Under the pieces are notes generated by a model. It had not been told where the DNA came from. It worked only from the letters and a program-made list of their open reading frames with translations, and searched no databases. The translations under genes and the position numbers were made by a program. This document shows positions 45,192 to 55,100 of a DNA stretch of 61,581 nucleotides, piece by piece. Source of the DNA: a virus (Duplodnaviria; Caudoviricetes); the IMG/VR virus record IMGVR_UViG_3300037493_001343, positions 1 through 61,581 of that record; one strand, given 5' to 3'. Position 1 is the first letter of the stretch. The number at the start of each line of letters is the position of its first letter.

Positions 45192-48100
45192 ATGGCTTGT
45201 AAATATTTTTACGACAACAAGGAGTACACCTTTGATGAATTTGCATCTTTACTTGAAAGCGGACTGGCTGACGAATTAGTAGCTAAGAATGTTCTTTCAA
45301 GTTCTGGTGTATATAATAAAAAAGCACCAGTAGATACTATGCCTGGAGCTATTACTATTAATGCAAGCAATGCGAATGTAAACGTAGGAAAGGGAGACAA
45401 TGTAGTAAATCAAATTGTTAGACAATCTCAAAGAATGGTTAAAGCAATGACTAAGCTTGCTCCAAACCTTTCTTTTACTGTTCACGCAACTGAGGATTCT
45501 TGGAATCAACTTAGGGAGCAAATGCTCGCTAATGGAGTTGACATTACAGGTATGGATGGATTCTACGATCCTAATACAGATCAGATCCATTTAAATATAC
45601 CTATGATGAAAAGATTAGGAAGATTAAATACTGCTTATCACGAAGGTTATCATCCATTGACAAATGCATTGTTCAATTCTAGACCAGATCTAAGAGATGC
45701 TATGCATAATCAAATGGAGATTATGTCTGAAGATAAAACATTGCCACAAGATTTTAGAGACCAAGTTAAGGAATGTTTAGCTTTTGGAAGAAGCTATGAT
45801 ACTGAAAAGTATGGTAAAGAGTCTCCATTAAACGAGGCTATAGTTGAGTTCCTTTCAAGAGTAAGTAACGGTCAAATTCAAATTGACGGTAAGAACAAAA
45901 CAATGATGGATCACATCCGCATATTCTTAAACAACCTTGCTGGTATGTTTAATATAGGTGTGATGATGGGTAATAAAGAATACACACTTGACAACTTATT
46001 AGACTTTGCTAGAGCTATGGACTTTGCTATCAAGCAAGGCGTAGCTATAGAGTTTAATCCAAGAAATGTTCCTGTATTTAACTCTCAAGACAATATAGAG
46101 ATTGAAAATGGAGATGTAATAACTTCTGGTTACTATCCTATGACAAAAGCAATACAGGCTTCTTTTACACCTTTAGATATTAATTGGGATTATGCAGAAC
46201 TTCCTGGTAATATACAAATGGTTGTTCCTAGTAATAGAGAAAGCTTAGCTGATACTTTGAAAAAATCTGGCGGTGCTGCTGTATTTATAAACTCAGATGG
46301 AACAGGTGTTGGTGTTATGTCAGAAGATAAATATATTGATGGTGGTATATCATATACTTTTTTTAAAGATAATGTTGACAATAAAATAGGGTTTGCTGCA
46401 TCTGACGATGCAAAAATACCTGCTTTTTACACAGCTGTTAAACACGCTGCAGAAGTTAGAGATAAAACAAACCCAGAGTTCAAGGGTTTGCCAGTAGCTG
46501 TATATGTTACTATTCAATCTGCCCCATCAACTATAGGTAATTATCACGGAGCTGAATTTGTTTTAGATAATATAAAAGAAGCTATAGACAAAAGAAAAAT
46601 AAATTTAACTGAACTAAAGAAAGCTTTTGATTATTCTGGAAAGTCATCTTTAAATGCAGCTATAAAAGCACTAGAGAAAAAAGGCAGATCAAAAGAAAAT
46701 GAAAAAACTAGATCATACAATAAATTTATTGCTGACTTAAAAAGTACTAAAGCTTCAGACTTGCTTGAAAAACTAGATTCGGATTTAAAGAACGGATCAT
46801 TTAAATTTAGGTTAGATATTTTAGGTAACATTATACCAAATATAAATGTAAAATCAAAAACTGAAATAACTGATTTTCAAAATAAATTAAAAGATTTAAA
46901 TATAGATTTACCTAGTTTTTATAATAAATATTTAGATAAAAATATTTTAAATTCATTAGAAGGTGATACTCCTGGATTAAAATTAATAGACAATGGGTTT
47001 ATTATGACTGGGTTTTATGTTGATCCTTATATGACAGAAGGTGAATATATAAATAAATCTAAAGGTGAAAAGTTTAAACATAAACAATTTAATTCAGGCT
47101 TCCACGGAACTAATCCATTTGTATTAAATGGAAAATATTATGCTGATCCATTTTTTCAAGAAGCTAGATTTACAACTGACAAAGGTAAAGACATTCCTGT
47201 TAATGTATCATCTGCAGGCTCAATGTACCCAAGGACTTTTAGGTCAGGGGATTTTAATGAGATAATTGAGAGAGCTGAAAGATTAACAATTATGCCTTCT
47301 CTTGCTGGAGAGTTTGTAGATAAATTAAACGAAACTAAAGAGTCTGATCCGAAACAATATTGGTCAGTAGATACTGTTTCTTTAGAAGATGCTAAGCAAG
47401 GGACTGTTATTAAAACAGAAGCAGGTTACGGTTTTGTTTCTCAAAGCGGTGATATTAAAGGTGTATTTAAAGCTAATAAAGAAAGCTCTGAGAAAACAGG
47501 TGATGAAGTTTTAAAGAAAGCTGTTAAAGCTGGTGGTATCAAGTTAGATAACTTTGACGGTTACTTAACCAAGATATATGAAAGAAACGGATTTGTTGTA
47601 GCATCTCGTATTCCTTTTAACGAAGAGTATGCGCCAGAAGGTTGGAACAAAGAAGCTCACGGAACTCCAGATGTAGTTGCTATGGTTTACGATCCAGCTA
47701 AACAATTAGATATCGAAGAGAAAAGATTCGAAGACTATATGGAAGGTATAGACTACAGAAATTCATTTGTAGATCTAGCTTATGGCAACGCTGTTACTAA
47801 CGGTGCTATGCCTCCTCGTATTGATGCAAGACCTAATGATTTAGTATCTGCTTCTCCTATCGTTTACGATATGACAGAAGATGGTAATGGAAACTACGTT
47901 TTCTACACAAGCAATGTTTCTGGAAAGAATGCTGACGTTGACGAAGATGGAATGTTGAATCTTTCTACAGAAAAAGGAATACAGCCATCTATGGTTAAGG
48001 TTCCTTATGAATCTACATATCCATTAGACACCAATCCTCTCGGTTTAAAAGGGTCAGAAAAGGAAATATTACAACAAGCTAAGAACTTAGGTTTTGCAGC

Positions 48101-51100
48101 TGTTGTAGATAAAGATATGAAAGGCAATGCTGTTGTAATGAGCGATACTGTTATGCCTGCAGAACCTGTAGGTAATGCTCAACACTTGCCAAACAAACAA
48201 GCTATTCAACCATCTTTTGGATGGGCAGGTAGCAAGGGTGTACAAGAAATAAAAGTTGGACCATCGGGGTTAAAAACTTTATCTCCTGTGTCTCCTGTAA
48301 GAGGAAACGTAAGAGAGTTAAGCAATAGACAGCAAAGTGCGTTCTATAATAACTTCAGAACTTTCTTTTCTGCTACACAAGGAAATAGTCAAGCTGCTAA
48401 GTCTTTGCAAGAAAGATTACTTGGAGAAAAAGATGAAATAGAAGATCAAATAAATAAGAATGCTATTGAGATAGCAAAGCTTGTGAAATCATTTGTTAAG
48501 TCAGAAGCTGCTAAATCTACAGGCCTTTCTGAACAAACTATTTATAGAATAGTAAACGGTGCAATGATAAATGAATCAGATCCAAAAACTGGAGTAAGAT
48601 ACATTGATATGTTGCCACAAGATATTGCAGAGTCTGTAGTTAAAGCAAGACAAAATATAGTTACACTTCAAGAAGCATTAATTCAATCTGGTTTACTTCC
48701 AGCTGAGATAGAGGCTATAATTGCAACTACAATTGGATCTTGGTCTAAGCGTTCTTTCTTTGCATTTGAGTTGAAGAAAAACAAAGGTTTGTTTAGTATG
48801 TTTACTAAGCAAAAGAAATCACCTTGGTTTGAGTCTGTACCACAAGATGTAAGAGACAAAGCTAAAGTAATATTTACTTCAATGGCTATGAATGGAACAT
48901 TAGACAATGGATTCAATATAGCTTTAAATGAATACAAGAAGAACTTTGAAGATCCTTATTTGGCTCTATTAGCAGCTGACCCTACAATGCAATCAAATGC
49001 AACTCAGCAGGCAGCAATGGCTATGCAAAATGCGCTTGCAGATCTACAGGTTAAAGCTAGTGAATTTGCAGATGCAGTAATGAGACAAATAGAAGATGTT
49101 AACCAAACAGGTGATGTTAACTTTACAATAGGTGGATCAATTGTTTCTATGAAAGATTATATAGAAAAGAATCCAGCTCTGCCTAAAGAGATAAGAGATT
49201 ATTTAGGTGAAATAAAAGATCCAGCTATCAACTTTAGACTTAGTGCTATGAAGTTGACTCGTATGTTATATAACCATCAGACTGTTGCCCAGTTTAAAAA
49301 CTTAGGATTGCAAAGTGGAGATGTTGTTACAGCTTCAGAACCAACACCAGCTGGTTGGATTAAATTGGGAGATATTTCAAAAGCTGACGTTAAAGGAAAG
49401 AAAGGAACCGCTACAGATGATATGGATGCATTAAACAGATATGGTGCATTAAAAGGATGTAGTATTAGTCCTGCGTTATATGACTTATTATTTGATAGTC
49501 CAATAGAAGGTACTTTATATTATAAGTATATAACTACAAATGTTAAGAAGTTTAAAACAATATACTCTCCTTCTACTCAAATTAAAAACTTATACGGATA
49601 TGCATTCTTTGGATTAACAAGTGGTGCTATTCCAGAGGGTATTTTCTATAGTGCTAAAATTGCTTCTGGTGCGTACAAAGAAATATCAACGCAAGAAGGG
49701 TTTATGAATTATTGGAACAATATATTTGTTGAGGCTAAAAGAAGAGGTATAAATACATCTTTAGAGATACAAGAAATAAATAGAGTTGGTAAAGAGTTAA
49801 GCGAAAATAAAGAAATGCTTAGAGCTTTAAAAGGATCTAGCAATCCTGCAACCGACATCTATCAGTTCTTTACTGAGATGTATACTAACACTGAAGGTTT
49901 ATTTAAACAAGGTATGATGTTAGGTGATGCTATCCCTAAGACTATAATGTTTGAGATCTTCAGAAATACTAATGCTGCTATATTAAACAATACGTCTTAC
50001 TATGAATTAGACGAAAGACAAAAAGAGATAGCGGATGAAATGGCAGGAAGAAGAGTTAAACTTACAACCGTTACCGATACAAGAACGGTTAAAGGTATAG
50101 ACTTTATACAAAGAAAAATGGGTATCTTCGGAACATTCCCTAGATTCTTGTCTGAAAGTATTAGAAACTTTGTAAATGCACATTTGTTAATTGCAAACCC
50201 TGGTATGTTGCACGAAGGTCTTGTGCTTTCCGACAATAAAGCTAAAGATGCCGAACTTAAAAAACAAATGGATTTAAAAACCAGAGGTTCTGGTATGGTT
50301 GGATTAGCAGGTTACTATGGATTGATGGCATTGCTAAAAGCAGCAATTTCTTTCGGAGATGACGATGACGATAAAGTAAGTGCAGATATTCCATCAAGTG
50401 CATTATTAGAGGCTTCTCAAATTTACAATAAACCAAAAGGTACATTAACACAAAGTGAGGCTTTAAGAATGTTAGTTCCTGAGTATGATAGATTTGCAGA
50501 TCTTTCTTTTGAAGTTAAAAAAGACGGAACAATTGAGTACAAAAACGAATCAAGCGTTGACCCATTCAATGTATTCCCTCAAGCATTTAGATCTTACATA
50601 TATTCAGAGAATGTAGGTACAGGTACAGCGAATGCGGCAAAACAAATAGCAGATCCTGTAATAGGATGGGAGATTTTATTTGGAACTGCATTAGAGGTTA
50701 TAAGAAATGAAAACTCAAAAGGAAATGTTATTTATAAGAACTATGATGACTTTATAGATAAAAGCTCTGATGTTTTAACTTATGCATTTAGGAAGGTAGG
50801 ACCTGGCATTGCAACTTCAGGTATGAGATACTCTGACCTTGTAAAAGGCGGACAAAGAGAAGGTGGAGCGTTTGGATACATTAACTTTATGCTTGTTGAA
50901 GGATCTAAAGGTAGAATATCTACTATGGATGTAGAATCTAAATTAAAATCAAAAGTTTCTGAAATCAACAATTCTTGGATAGATGACCAAAGAAGCTACA
51001 AAGGAGATTTCTACAAAGACAAGTCTGAGCAAGAAAGAGCTAAGCTTAACCAAGAAAGGGATAATAATGCTAAAATGTTTGCATATGAGTTAAACCAACT

Positions 51101-51251
51101 GGTTGAAGCTGGATATACATTAGGATTATCTACTGGTCAAGTTAAGCAAGTTTTCAAAGATGCAAGAGTTTCTAAAAAAGTTAGAAACGCAGCAATGAGA
51201 GGTGGATCGGCTCTTGATAAGCTTAATATTAACGATATCAAAGAGGATTAA
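45192..51251 (+). CDS. Large polyvalent ejection/virion protein (2019 aa) with zincin protease and GNAT-like domains
   Basis: GFYDP...AYHEGYH...NEAIVE (zincin); GDIKGVF...AVKAGGIKLDNFDGYLTKIYERNGF (GNAT-like); helical C-terminus. Confidence 0.7.
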   Translation: MACKYFYDNKEYTFDEFASLLESGLADELVAKNVLSSSGVYNKKAPVDTMPGAITINASNANVNVGKGDNVVNQIVRQSQRMVKAMTKLAPNLSFTVHATEDSWNQLREQMLANGVDITGMDGFYDPNTDQIHLNIPMMKRLGRLNTAYHEGYHPLTNALFNSRPDLRDAMHNQMEIMSEDKTLPQDFRDQVKECLAFGRSYDTEKYGKESPLNEAIVEFLSRVSNGQIQIDGKNKTMMDHIRIFLNNLAGMFNIGVMMGNKEYTLDNLLDFARAMDFAIKQGVAIEFNPRNVPVFNSQDNIEIENGDVITSGYYPMTKAIQASFTPLDINWDYAELPGNIQMVVPSNRESLADTLKKSGGAAVFINSDGTGVGVMSEDKYIDGGISYTFFKDNVDNKIGFAASDDAKIPAFYTAVKHAAEVRDKTNPEFKGLPVAVYVTIQSAPSTIGNYHGAEFVLDNIKEAIDKRKINLTELKKAFDYSGKSSLNAAIKALEKKGRSKENEKTRSYNKFIADLKSTKASDLLEKLDSDLKNGSFKFRLDILGNIIPNINVKSKTEITDFQNKLKDLNIDLPSFYNKYLDKNILNSLEGDTPGLKLIDNGFIMTGFYVDPYMTEGEYINKSKGEKFKHKQFNSGFHGTNPFVLNGKYYADPFFQEARFTTDKGKDIPVNVSSAGSMYPRTFRSGDFNEIIERAERLTIMPSLAGEFVDKLNETKESDPKQYWSVDTVSLEDAKQGTVIKTEAGYGFVSQSGDIKGVFKANKESSEKTGDEVLKKAVKAGGIKLDNFDGYLTKIYERNGFVVASRIPFNEEYAPEGWNKEAHGTPDVVAMVYDPAKQLDIEEKRFEDYMEGIDYRNSFVDLAYGNAVTNGAMPPRIDARPNDLVSASPIVYDMTEDGNGNYVFYTSNVSGKNADVDEDGMLNLSTEKGIQPSMVKVPYESTYPLDTNPLGLKGSEKEILQQAKNLGFAAVVDKDMKGNAVVMSDTVMPAEPVGNAQHLPNKQAIQPSFGWAGSKGVQEIKVGPSGLKTLSPVSPVRGNVRELSNRQQSAFYNNFRTFFSATQGNSQAAKSLQERLLGEKDEIEDQINKNAIEIAKLVKSFVKSEAAKSTGLSEQTIYRIVNGAMINESDPKTGVRYIDMLPQDIAESVVKARQNIVTLQEALIQSGLLPAEIEAIIATTIGSWSKRSFFAFELKKNKGLFSMFTKQKKSPWFESVPQDVRDKAKVIFTSMAMNGTLDNGFNIALNEYKKNFEDPYLALLAADPTMQSNATQQAAMAMQNALADLQVKASEFADAVMRQIEDVNQTGDVNFTIGGSIVSMKDYIEKNPALPKEIRDYLGEIKDPAINFRLSAMKLTRMLYNHQTVAQFKNLGLQSGDVVTASEPTPAGWIKLGDISKADVKGKKGTATDDMDALNRYGALKGCSISPALYDLLFDSPIEGTLYYKYITTNVKKFKTIYSPSTQIKNLYGYAFFGLTSGAIPEGIFYSAKIASGAYKEISTQEGFMNYWNNIFVEAKRRGINTSLEIQEINRVGKELSENKEMLRALKGSSNPATDIYQFFTEMYTNTEGLFKQGMMLGDAIPKTIMFEIFRNTNAAILNNTSYYELDERQKEIADEMAGRRVKLTTVTDTRTVKGIDFIQRKMGIFGTFPRFLSESIRNFVNAHLLIANPGMLHEGLVLSDNKAKDAELKKQMDLKTRGSGMVGLAGYYGLMALLKAAISFGDDDDDKVSADIPSSALLEASQIYNKPKGTLTQSEALRMLVPEYDRFADLSFEVKKDGTIEYKNESSVDPFNVFPQAFRSYIYSENVGTGTANAAKQIADPVIGWEILFGTALEVIRNENSKGNVIYKNYDDFIDKSSDVLTYAFRKVGPGIATSGMRYSDLVKGGQREGGAFGYINFMLVEGSKGRISTMDVESKLKSKVSEINNSWIDDQRSYKGDFYKDKSEQERAKLNQERDNNAKMFAYELNQLVEAGYTLGLSTGQVKQVFKDARVSKKVRNAAMRGGSALDKLNINDIKED

Positions 51252-51253
51252 AA

Positions 51254-51265
51254 GCGTATTATATA
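51254..51265 (+). promoter_or_regulatory. Putative late promoter GCGTATTATATA
   Basis: Exact consensus 19 nt before the ATG at 51285. Confidence 0.78.
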
Positions 51266-51284
51266 AACAATAAATAAAGAAATT

Positions 51285-52115
51285 ATGCCAATAACAGCAG
51301 GTGCAATAATAGGATTAGGATCAGGTTTATACCAAACCATATCTGGCTCTAAGCAACAAAAAAAAGGTCAACAAGCTTTTGAAGAAGCAATGTCCGCTAG
51401 ACCACAATACCAAATTAGCGACACAGTTAAACAACAATTAGCTGAAGCTCAATCTAGATATAATGCTCAAAACCCTGCTATTGCTATGGCTTATCAACAA
51501 GCACAGCAAGGTATGGCTGGACAGATGGCTAATGCTCAAAGAAATGCATCAAGCGGTGCACAAGCTTTAGCAGCAGGTGCAGGGGCACAAGCTCAACTGC
51601 AATCTATTGCTCCTCAATTAGCGGCACAACAAGCTGCATATAGCCAGCAACAACAAGCTAACTTAAATCAAGCAAGAGGCTTGATGACAGAAGAGCAAAG
51701 AACTAAATTTTCTGATATGTTATCCGCTAACCAGGCGAGACAAAACTTTGGATTAGGCTTGGCTCAATCTGGTTCTGCTATGAAAAGTCAAGGTTTAGGT
51801 GCTATTGCGCAAGGTGGTTTAAGCCTAGCAACAGCTGGTTTAAATGCAAATGCAAAAACAAATGCAAAAATACCAACTGGATTTACAAATAGTAATCCTT
51901 TTCCAACACAAACCGTATCTGATGGCACCATATCTGGAGCCTTAGCACCAGCAACTACAGGAGTTCCAATTGCTGCCCCTGCAGGTATGACATCTGCTTT
52001 TAACGCTCCCACATCTCCGTTTCAGGTGGGTTTAAATGCTGGAATGCCAGCTCCTGCTATTCAACAAAATACGTTGCCACCTTGGTACGGATTCGGATGG
52101 AATCCTGGAAGATAA
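51285..52115 (+). CDS. Small ejection/pilot protein (276 aa)
   Basis: Hydrophobic G-rich N-terminus MPITAGAIIGLGSGL and A/Q-rich coiled body, typical of podoviral small ejection proteins. Confidence 0.65.
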   Translation: MPITAGAIIGLGSGLYQTISGSKQQKKGQQAFEEAMSARPQYQISDTVKQQLAEAQSRYNAQNPAIAMAYQQAQQGMAGQMANAQRNASSGAQALAAGAGAQAQLQSIAPQLAAQQAAYSQQQQANLNQARGLMTEEQRTKFSDMLSANQARQNFGLGLAQSGSAMKSQGLGAIAQGGLSLATAGLNANAKTNAKIPTGFTNSNPFPTQTVSDGTISGALAPATTGVPIAAPAGMTSAFNAPTSPFQVGLNAGMPAPAIQQNTLPPWYGFGWNPGR

Positions 52116-52118
52116 AAT

Positions 52119-52151
52119 AAGAAACCCACCTAAATGGTGGGTTTTTCTTTT
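52119..52151. terminator. Bidirectional intrinsic terminator at the convergence point
   Basis: gaaacccacc-taaat-ggtgggtttt stem flanked by A- and T-runs between convergent genes. Confidence 0.8.
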
Positions 52152-52152
52152 C

Positions 52153-52168
52153 TTGCACTATCATCTTT
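52153..52168 (-). repeat. 16-bp element AAAGATGATAGTGCAA, copy 3
   Basis: ttgcactatcatcttt on the + strand, 3 nt from the muzzle stop. Confidence 0.85.
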
Positions 52169-52171
52169 TCT

Positions 52172-55100
52172 TTAGTGTCCGCTTGACGGTTTCACCTCGA
52201 CTCTTACGCCTTGGAAATTTATCTGCTGCTCAGCAGGGAATGTAACCTGAACCCAAGGAGTTTTAGAACGTATTCTGTCTCCTTTTATTCCTTGATAATC
52301 AAAAGTATTAGTTGTTGCTACACCTACCGTTAAAGTGGCTGTAGCAGTCACACCTGTTGGTGGAGGAGCTACGCTTATTGAAGGTACAGATGTATAGCCA
52401 GTCCCTGGATTAGTAATGATATATGACGTAACTGATCCGCCAGTAAGTACAGCGATGGCTGTTGCTTGAGTTCCACCTGCAACTGCAGGAGGACCAATAG
52501 TAACCAATGGTGCTGTTAAATAACCAGATCCAGTAACTAATGGGCTAACGGTTAACACTTGAGATTGGCCAGCATTATTGCTTAATCTGTTTCTTAAAAC
52601 AGGTGCAAACTTTTCGCCCTCTCTTGTGCTATAGTTTGAATCATTCCAAGAGGTAACCTGGGTAAGATTATTGTTTACAGTAGTAGAGCTATCTCTAGCG
52701 TATACAACAGTAGAATCCGTTAGTAATTGACCCATAAGTATTACACTTAATGGTTCGATAGTTGCAGGATAACCTTCTGATACTGGGAAAGAAATATAGC
52801 ATTTAGGATTAATCAATTGATTGAAATGACCAGGTGTTGCGTCAAACTCTTTATATAGGTTTAAACCTACTTGAAGTCCATATTGATATCCAATACTGAA
52901 TACGTCATCACCTACTCTTATCCATTGATCTGGGTTGCTTTCATATGCGCCTACCCATCTGTTCAATTGATAATTATAAGTGTAACTTACATTCTTATTT
53001 GGAATATATTGGTTCAATCTATTTTCTCCGCTATTAGCAGGAAATACAGCAGCTGTCAAGTTAGGATTAGGACAAGTTACAAATATTTCAGAAGTATAAG
53101 GATTGATACCTAGTTTTATATTTTTAGCGCTATTAGTGCTATCATTGAATGGCAAGTTTCTGAACACTTGGTTCCATAAGAATCCTGCTTTCTGTTGGCT
53201 AATAGGTGTTGCACCATCTCCAGCTAATTGGATAATTTCTCTGTTTAATGCATCTGCCCAAAATACCATACCCTTGTAAGATATAACACCTTGTGGGCTT
53301 ATACATCCCCATTGTCCAGTAATTGGCTGAATTGTACCTATAACAGGAGCTGAAGATAAGAATGCCGTAGTTTGGTCTTGGCTATAAATTTGAGCTTGAC
53401 CAATTAAACCAATGAAGCTTCCGCTATTACAAAGAATAACTAATCTTGATGCTAAGTTTGCTTCTTTAGAAGATAGTATAATTGAAGTAATAGGACCTGC
53501 GTTAGAATCAACATCTGCAACATCTAAAGCGTCAAATGAAGCAAGTCCATTTACACTGCTATTAGGTATCTTAACATTTGACCATCTAATCTGATTGGTT
53601 AAACCTTTTTGACCAACAGTATCTGTAGGTGTTATTCTTCCGCCATTTTCTATCCAATATTTATATCTAACTTCATTGTTTGTTTCTGAAACAACATTAA
53701 ATGCACCACCATCTGCATTGCTGCCTTGAATATAAGTATCTCCATATAGTTTTGCTAAAAGGCCATTGTATGGTGCTAATAAGCTACCTGAAGAAACCTC
53801 TCCAAAAAATGCTACCTCAAAAAAAGACTTTTGAACTGTTTTAGGAGTATATAGTGTACAAATAAATACTTGTTGGTTTAAAGCAGCTGGAGCATAAGCA
53901 TAATATATTATAGAAGGAGCCGTTATAAAATTCCAAACACCTGCAACTTGTTGTATATAACCAGGAATTGAAGTGTATTCGCCATAAGAGTAAACAATAT
54001 CAGCTGTATTGTAAGCTGTAAAGTTCCAAACTCCACCAGTTGAATATACAGCAAATGTATAAGGATGCCCTGCCCAAACTCCAGTAGGAGAAGCTTTTGT
54101 TAAAAATACATCACCTACTTTTGGATTCGTAACAATTGAAGGATCATCTGAAAAATCATTAATGTATGCATTAACTGAAGACGCTCCAGTGTTTGCGGTA
54201 TACTGAACTTTCTTTCCTTGATAGGAAATAATGTTGTTAAATGTTGATTTAGGTGAATTAACTATTACATATCCATCTATTGATTCAAGAACTGGAAAAG
54301 TATACGATCCAGATGAAGTTGATGTTTCATAGTCATACACTTCAAACTGACACAAGTCACCTTGCTTATAAGTATATCCTTGATTTCTTTTATATAAAGA
54401 ATTTAAAGGTATCGCAACGCCATAATAATTACCTTCTGGATTTGCTTCGTCTATGTTATATGCAAGTGTTCCATCTGCGCTTTTATACGCATATCTAATT
54501 ATGTCTGGAACAAATTGTAAAAAAGAAGACGCTTTGTTGTTGTTTGTTAAGTTTATGCTATAGTATTTTGCCCAGCTAGGAACTGATCCAGCAGGCTGAA
54601 CACCAGTTACATTTACATCAATTGTTTCAACAAGGGTTTTTGTATCTGGATTGTAAGATCCTATACTTATATCGCCTATATATTTATTACCACTTTTTCT
54701 TAATGCCTCATCATAAAACGTAGCACCATAAGAATACGTAGAGCTAGGAAGAAATGCAGACTTTCTAGATGTTAAGTTATTATCAGAATATGTAGATTCT
54801 GAAAGAACAAGACAAGATGGTAAGGCTATTGATGAACTTTTAGATAAAGGAACACAAATGTTATTTGGCGTGTATCCTAAGCCTATTGATTTTCCTCCCC
54901 AATATGGGTTTAGTTCTTGTATTATAGCTATTCTTCTTCTTAATATAGAGGGAATTGCAGGTCCAGGCCCAGAAGTTGTTTCAACATTCAATGGCTGAAA
55001 GTCTAAGCTCTCATCTAATTCTATTAAGTTATCCTCGCTTATTGTTTGAGGTAATGTTATATATGTATTGTTTGTTGTTTTTAAACCTGTAGGGTAGTAG

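Noticed and set aside
50358-50375. DDDDDK run in the 2019-aa protein as an RNAP catalytic or protease-site motif
   Set aside because: Acidic linker after a hydrophobic helix, lacking RNAP motif context
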